Source: Candidatus Pelagibacter sp. HTCC7211 (GTDB taxonomy: Bacteria; Pseudomonadota; Alphaproteobacteria; Pelagibacterales; Pelagibacteraceae). From it: a stretch of 32,000 nt of DNA. Location of the stretch: contig NZ_DS995298.1 of NCBI RefSeq assembly GCF_000155895.1, positions 870,001-902,000 on the forward strand. Reading direction: 5' to 3'. Positions 28,324 to 32,000 of the stretch are shown piece after piece. Both the position numbers and the translations under genes were made by a program. Every line of letters begins with the position of its first letter. Position 1 is the stretch's first letter. The notes below the pieces were generated by a model, which saw only the letters and a program-made list of their open reading frames with translations, did not search any database and had not been told where the DNA came from.

Positions 28324-29631
28324 ATGTCTAGTGAAAAAAATTACTTAAATGATCATTACAAAAGTTTTTTTGAAGATAGTTTATCAAAAAAAGATCCAGA
28401 ATTACATAAGGCTATTCAAGATGAATTATTACGACAACAACAACATATTGAGTTAATAGCTTCAGAAAACATAGTTTCACAAGCAGTATTAGAAGCACAA
28501 GGTTCAGTTCTTACAAATAAATATGCTGAAGGTTATCCAGGAAAAAGATATTATAATGGATGTGAGCATGTTGATGTTGCTGAAGACTTAGCAATAGAGA
28601 GATTAAAAAAATTATTTAATTGCAAATTTGCAAATGCCCAACCTCATTCTGGCGCCCAAGCTAATGGAGCTGTATTTTTAGCTTTATTAAGTCCTGGAGA
28701 TACTTTTATGGGAATGAGTTTAAATTCAGGCGGACATATTACTCATGGACTTAAAATTTCAATGTCAGGTAAATGGTTTAATGCAATAGGTTATGATGTA
28801 GATAAAGAGTCGGAACTTATAGATTATGATAATGTAGAAAAACTTGCATTAGAACATAAACCAAAATTAATTATAGCTGGAGGTAGCGCTTATTCAAGAG
28901 TAATTGATTTTAAAAGATTTAGAGAAATTGCAGATAAAGTTGGTGCTTACTTAATGGTTGATATGGCACATTTTTCTGGTTTGGTTGCTGGAAAAGGATA
29001 TCCAAATCCTTGTGATCATGCTCATGTTGTAACATCTACAACTCACAAAGTATTTAGAAGTGCTAGAGGTGGAATAATTTTGACTAATCATGAAGACTTA
29101 GCAAAAAAATTTAATACTGCAGTGTTTCCTGGATATCAAGGTGGACCTTTAATGCATATTATAGCAGCAAAGGCTGCTGGATTTTTAGAAGCTCTTCAAC
29201 CTGAATTTAAAGATTATATTCAATCAGTACTCGCTAATGCTAAAATGTTAGCTGAAACATTAAAAAATAATGGTTTTAAAATTTATTCAGATGGAACCGA
29301 TACTCACTTAATGCTTGTTGATTTAAGACCCTACAATGTTAAAGGAAATTTAGCTGCTGAGAGTTTATCAAGAGCTAATATAACTTGTAATAAAAATGGT
29401 ATTCCATTTGATACTGAAAAACCTATGATAACCTCTGGTATAAGACTTGGCACACAAGCAGCTACAACAAGAGGTTTTGGTTTAAATGAGTTTAAAACAG
29501 TTGGAGAGTTAATTACCAAAACGTTAAAGGGTTTATCTGAAAATCCGACAGATAATAGTAAAATAGAAGATGAAGTAAGAAATGAAGTTATATCTTTAAC
29601 TTCGTCGTTCCCAATATATAAAAATTTATAA
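28324..29631 (+). CDS. glyA: Serine hydroxymethyltransferase
   Basis: 435 aa with [39 protein letters not shown] and the PLP-Lys motif [16 protein letters not shown]. Confidence 0.97.
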   Translation: MSSEKNYLNDHYKSFFEDSLSKKDPELHKAIQDELLRQQQHIELIASENIVSQAVLEAQGSVLTNKYAEGYPGKRYYNGCEHVDVAEDLAIERLKKLFNCKFANAQPHSGAQANGAVFLALLSPGDTFMGMSLNSGGHITHGLKISMSGKWFNAIGYDVDKESELIDYDNVEKLALEHKPKLIIAGGSAYSRVIDFKRFREIADKVGAYLMVDMAHFSGLVAGKGYPNPCDHAHVVTSTTHKVFRSARGGIILTNHEDLAKKFNTAVFPGYQGGPLMHIIAAKAAGFLEALQPEFKDYIQSVLANAKMLAETLKNNGFKIYSDGTDTHLMLVDLRPYNVKGNLAAESLSRANITCNKNGIPFDTEKPMITSGIRLGTQAATTRGFGLNEFKTVGELITKTLKGLSENPTDNSKIEDEVRNEVISLTSSFPIYKNL

Positions 29632-29633
29632 AA

Positions 29634-30092
29634 ATGATATGTCCTTGTAATAAAAAAGGAGACACATCAGTTGTAGATTCTAGACCAACAGAAGATGGAA
29701 CAGCTATAAGAAGAAGGAGATTGTGTGTATGTGGTGAAAGATTTACCACATTTGAAAGAATTCAGATTAGAGAATTGATGGTTGTTAAAAAAAATGGAAG
29801 AAAATCATCTTTTGATAGAGATAAATTATCTAAATCAGTTTATATAGCGCTCAAAAAAAGACCAATAGACACTGAAACTGCTGAAAAATTTATTAGTAAA
29901 ATTTCACGAGCACTTGAGGAATTAGGACAAAGTGAAATTTCTACAAACACAATAGGGACTATGGTTATGGAAGGACTAAAAGAATTAGATCCAGTTGCAT
30001 ATGTTCGTTTTGCATCAGTTTACAGAAACTTTAGAGAAGAAAAAGATTTCGTTCAATTCGTGGACAAGCTTGATGTCTACAAAAAAAGATAA
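29634..30092 (+). CDS. nrdR: Transcriptional repressor NrdR (zinc ribbon + ATP-cone)
   Basis: 152 aa with [29 protein letters not shown] and an ATP-cone ([16 protein letters not shown]...[11 protein letters not shown]). The canonical nrdR-ribD linkage is preserved. Confidence 0.93.
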   Translation: MICPCNKKGDTSVVDSRPTEDGTAIRRRRLCVCGERFTTFERIQIRELMVVKKNGRKSSFDRDKLSKSVYIALKKRPIDTETAEKFISKISRALEELGQSEISTNTIGTMVMEGLKELDPVAYVRFASVYRNFREEKDFVQFVDKLDVYKKR

Positions 30093-31179
30093 ATTTTCAA
30101 TTAAAGATAAATTTTTTATGGATCTTGCTTTAGATTTAGCAAGATCTAATGAAGGACTAACTGGAACCAACCCATCAGTTGGTTGTATTATTGTTAAACA
30201 CGATAAAATAATTTCAATTGGACAAACATCTTACAATGGTAGACCTCATGCTGAAGTTAATGCAATTAAAAACAGTATTGAAAATCTAAATGATGCAACA
30301 ATGTATGTAACATTAGAACCATGCTCTCATCATGGCGTTACACCTCCTTGCACAAGTTCAATAATAAAATCAAAGTTAAAAGAGGTTATTTATTCAATTA
30401 TTGATATTGATCAGAGAGTTAAAGGCAAAACATATAAAATATTAAAATCGAAAAAAATTAAAGTTCGAACAGGTTTATTAAAAAAAAAAGTTAAACAATT
30501 TTATACTCCATATTTTTTTAACAGGCAGAAAAAATTACCATATGTTAGTGGTAAAATTGCAATTTCAAAAAATAATTTAATTTTTAGTAAAAAAAATAGA
30601 AAAATTACCAATATAAAATCTGATAAATTTACACATTTTTTAAGATATAAAAATGACTCTATATTAATTTCATATAGAACCTTAAATAAAGACAACCCAA
30701 AATTAAATTGCAGATTAAAAGGTCTAGAAAAATTTTCTCCAAAGAGAATTATTTTAGATAATAAATTAAAAACAAATACAAATAGCTATTTATTCAAAAC
30801 AGCGAATAAAGAAAATACTATTTTTTTTTATAATGAAGCCATTAAGTCAAAAATTTTAGAGTTTAAAAAAAATAAGATCACAGTATTAAAATTAAATATT
30901 GATAACAATAAAAGATTTAATCCTTCGATAATTTTTAAAAAACTTTATACTTTAGGATGCAGAAACGTCTTAGTAGAAGGAGGGGATGAACTCACTAAAA
31001 ATTTTGTAAGTAATAAAATATTTAATCAGTTTTTTTTATTTAAAGGTTCTAAAGATTTATCAAAATCATTTGAATTTAAGGAATTTAGTGGATTAAAAAT
31101 TTTAAAAAAGAATTATAAAAAAAGGTTGAAAATCAACTCTAATTTTGGAAAGGATACAATAACTTTGTATAAAAATTAA
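30073..31179 (+). CDS. ribD: Bifunctional riboflavin biosynthesis protein RibD (pyrimidine deaminase / uracil reductase)
   Basis: It has the deaminase motif HAEVNAI...[14 protein letters not shown] and a C-terminal reductase domain (LVEGGDELT). I chose the ATG at 30073 ([23 protein letters not shown]), which overlaps nrdR by 20 nt. The ATG at 30118 is the alternative, and the track's start at 29995 is implausible. Confidence 0.9.
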   Translation: MSTKKDKFSIKDKFFMDLALDLARSNEGLTGTNPSVGCIIVKHDKIISIGQTSYNGRPHAEVNAIKNSIENLNDATMYVTLEPCSHHGVTPPCTSSIIKSKLKEVIYSIIDIDQRVKGKTYKILKSKKIKVRTGLLKKKVKQFYTPYFFNRQKKLPYVSGKIAISKNNLIFSKKNRKITNIKSDKFTHFLRYKNDSILISYRTLNKDNPKLNCRLKGLEKFSPKRIILDNKLKTNTNSYLFKTANKENTIFFYNEAIKSKILEFKKNKITVLKLNIDNNKRFNPSIIFKKLYTLGCRNVLVEGGDELTKNFVSNKIFNQFFLFKGSKDLSKSFEFKEFSGLKILKKNYKKRLKINSNFGKDTITLYKN

Positions 31180-31180
31180 A

Positions 31181-31774
31181 ATGTTTAATGGAATTATATA
31201 TAATCAGGGAATTGTTTCTAAAATTATAAAAAGACCAAAGGGTTTAAATATTTTTGTTAAAAGCGACTTTAAATTGAGTAATAAAGATATCGGTTTATCT
31301 GTTGCTTGTGACGGAGTATGTCTTACTTTGATTTCATATAAAGCTAAAATTATGGAGTTTTATTTATCTAAAGAAACTATAGTAAGATCAAAATTTAAGT
31401 ATTTAAAAACAAAAGATCAAATTAATTTAGAATTACCACTTAAATATGGAACCAAAATTTCAGGTCATATATGCCAAGGTCATATTGATACAGTTGGTAA
31501 AGTTTTAAGTATTAAAAAAATAGATAAATCATATCTTTTTCATTTCGAGCTGCCAAAAAAGGATAGAAAACATTTAATTGAAAAAGCTTCTATTTGTGTG
31601 AATGGAATATCACTCACTATTTCAAAAGTTTCTAAAAAAGGTTTTGAAATTTGGGTAATACCTCACACCTTTAAAGAGACAAATTTATCAAAACTTAAGA
31701 AAACAGATTTGGTAAATATAGAGATAGATATCTTATCTAAATACGTTAGGAATTATTTTAATGAAAAAAGATAA
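31181..31774 (+). CDS. ribE: Riboflavin synthase (alpha chain)
   Basis: 197 aa with N-terminal MFNGIIYNQGIV. A duplicated lumazine-binding repeat is present (GLSVACDGVCLT / KASICVNGISLT). Confidence 0.9.
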   Translation: MFNGIIYNQGIVSKIIKRPKGLNIFVKSDFKLSNKDIGLSVACDGVCLTLISYKAKIMEFYLSKETIVRSKFKYLKTKDQINLELPLKYGTKISGHICQGHIDTVGKVLSIKKIDKSYLFHFELPKKDRKHLIEKASICVNGISLTISKVSKKGFEIWVIPHTFKETNLSKLKKTDLVNIEIDILSKYVRNYFNEKR

Positions 31775-32000
31775 TTTTGCATCAATAGAAAGCATAATCC
31801 AAGTAGCTAAAAAAGGAGGGATGTTTATTTTAGTTGATGACGAAAAAAGAGAAAATGAAGGAGATCTTATTATCTCAACATCAGATTCTAATGCTAAAAA
31901 TATAAATTTTATGGCAAAGTACGGTCGAGGATTGATATGTTTGGCACTTGATACTGTACAAGCCAAGAAATTAAATTTATCTTTAATGTCACCAATTAAT
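31761..32000 (+). CDS. ribB: 3,4-dihydroxy-2-butanone 4-phosphate synthase (RibB domain, probably RibBA; N-terminal 80 codons only, cut by the window edge)
   Basis: This ORF is not in the track because it has no stop within the window. My translation from the ATG at 31761 gives MKKDNFASIESIIQVAKKGGMFILVDDEKRENEGDLIISTSDSNAKNINFMAKYGRGLICLAL, the DHBP synthase signature. It overlaps ribE by 14 nt. Confidence 0.88.
   Translation, partial: MKKDNFASIESIIQVAKKGGMFILVDDEKRENEGDLIISTSDSNAKNINFMAKYGRGLICLALDTVQAKKLNLSLMSPIN

Noticed and set aside
29995-30072. Track start at 29995 for ribD ([17 protein letters not shown]...)
   Set aside because: This would overlap nrdR by 98 nt, and the extension is just the alternative frame of the nrdR ATP-cone. 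The conserved RibD N-terminus (FMDLALDLA...[11 protein letters not shown]) begins after the ATG at 30073.
30073-30130. FMN (RFN) riboswitch expected upstream of the rib operon
   Set aside because: ribD overlaps, or at most directly abuts, nrdR, leaving no leader in which an RFN element of about 130 nt or more could fit. I saw no such structure.
1-32000. Search for CRISPR arrays, IS elements or transposases, integrases, prophage genes, toxin-antitoxin or other defence systems, and rRNA, tmRNA or riboswitch elements
   Set aside because: None was found. Every ORF longer than 90 aa on a plausible strand has a housekeeping assignment, apart from the hydroxylase-like gene. No spacer exceeds 73 nt, and I saw no direct-repeat arrays or terminal inverted repeats.

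Overview
The window is a visibly AT-rich (about 30% G+C by eye, not computed), extremely gene-dense stretch of core chromosome. Gene content and synteny are alphaproteobacterial and fit a streamlined SAR11 / Candidatus Pelagibacter-type genome; that assignment is inference. I can support 36 CDS, two of them truncated by the window edges and absent from the ORF track, plus one tRNA-Ser(GCU). By my coordinates only about 370 nt (about 1.2%) is non-coding, and the largest gap is 73 nt. Contents in order: plsY; pyrB with a dihydroorotase-like gene; ruvX; gatCAB; an O-methyltransferase translationally coupled to trhO; a MATE exporter; a secreted SNase-like nuclease; soxBDAG followed by an amino-acid ABC binding protein and permease; tRNA-Ser; slt; dapA-smpB-folK-spoT-pyrE-pdxJ-acpS-lepB-rnc-recO; hemB; a 2OG/Fe(II) hydroxylase-like orphan; and rpiB-glyA-nrdR-ribD-ribE-ribBA. 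I see no CRISPR array, IS element or transposon, prophage, integrase, toxin-antitoxin pair or recognisable defence island, so I do not claim a new multi-gene system. The observations most worth follow-up are: (1) an OMT-trhO pair suggesting a Gram-positive-type mo5U34 tRNA modification route; (2) a DHOase-like gene with a degenerate metal site next to pyrB, resembling PyrC-prime; (3) an orphan Asp/Asn-beta-hydroxylase-like oxygenase with an intact HxD...H...R motif; (4) a sox operon extended by an ABC half-transporter with no ATPase; (5) a perfect 16-bp palindrome in the soxB/tRNA-Ser spacer; (6) a compact RSH lacking the Cys-containing domain; and (7) an NrdR whose zinc ribbon reads CxC...CxC instead of CxxC...CxxC.
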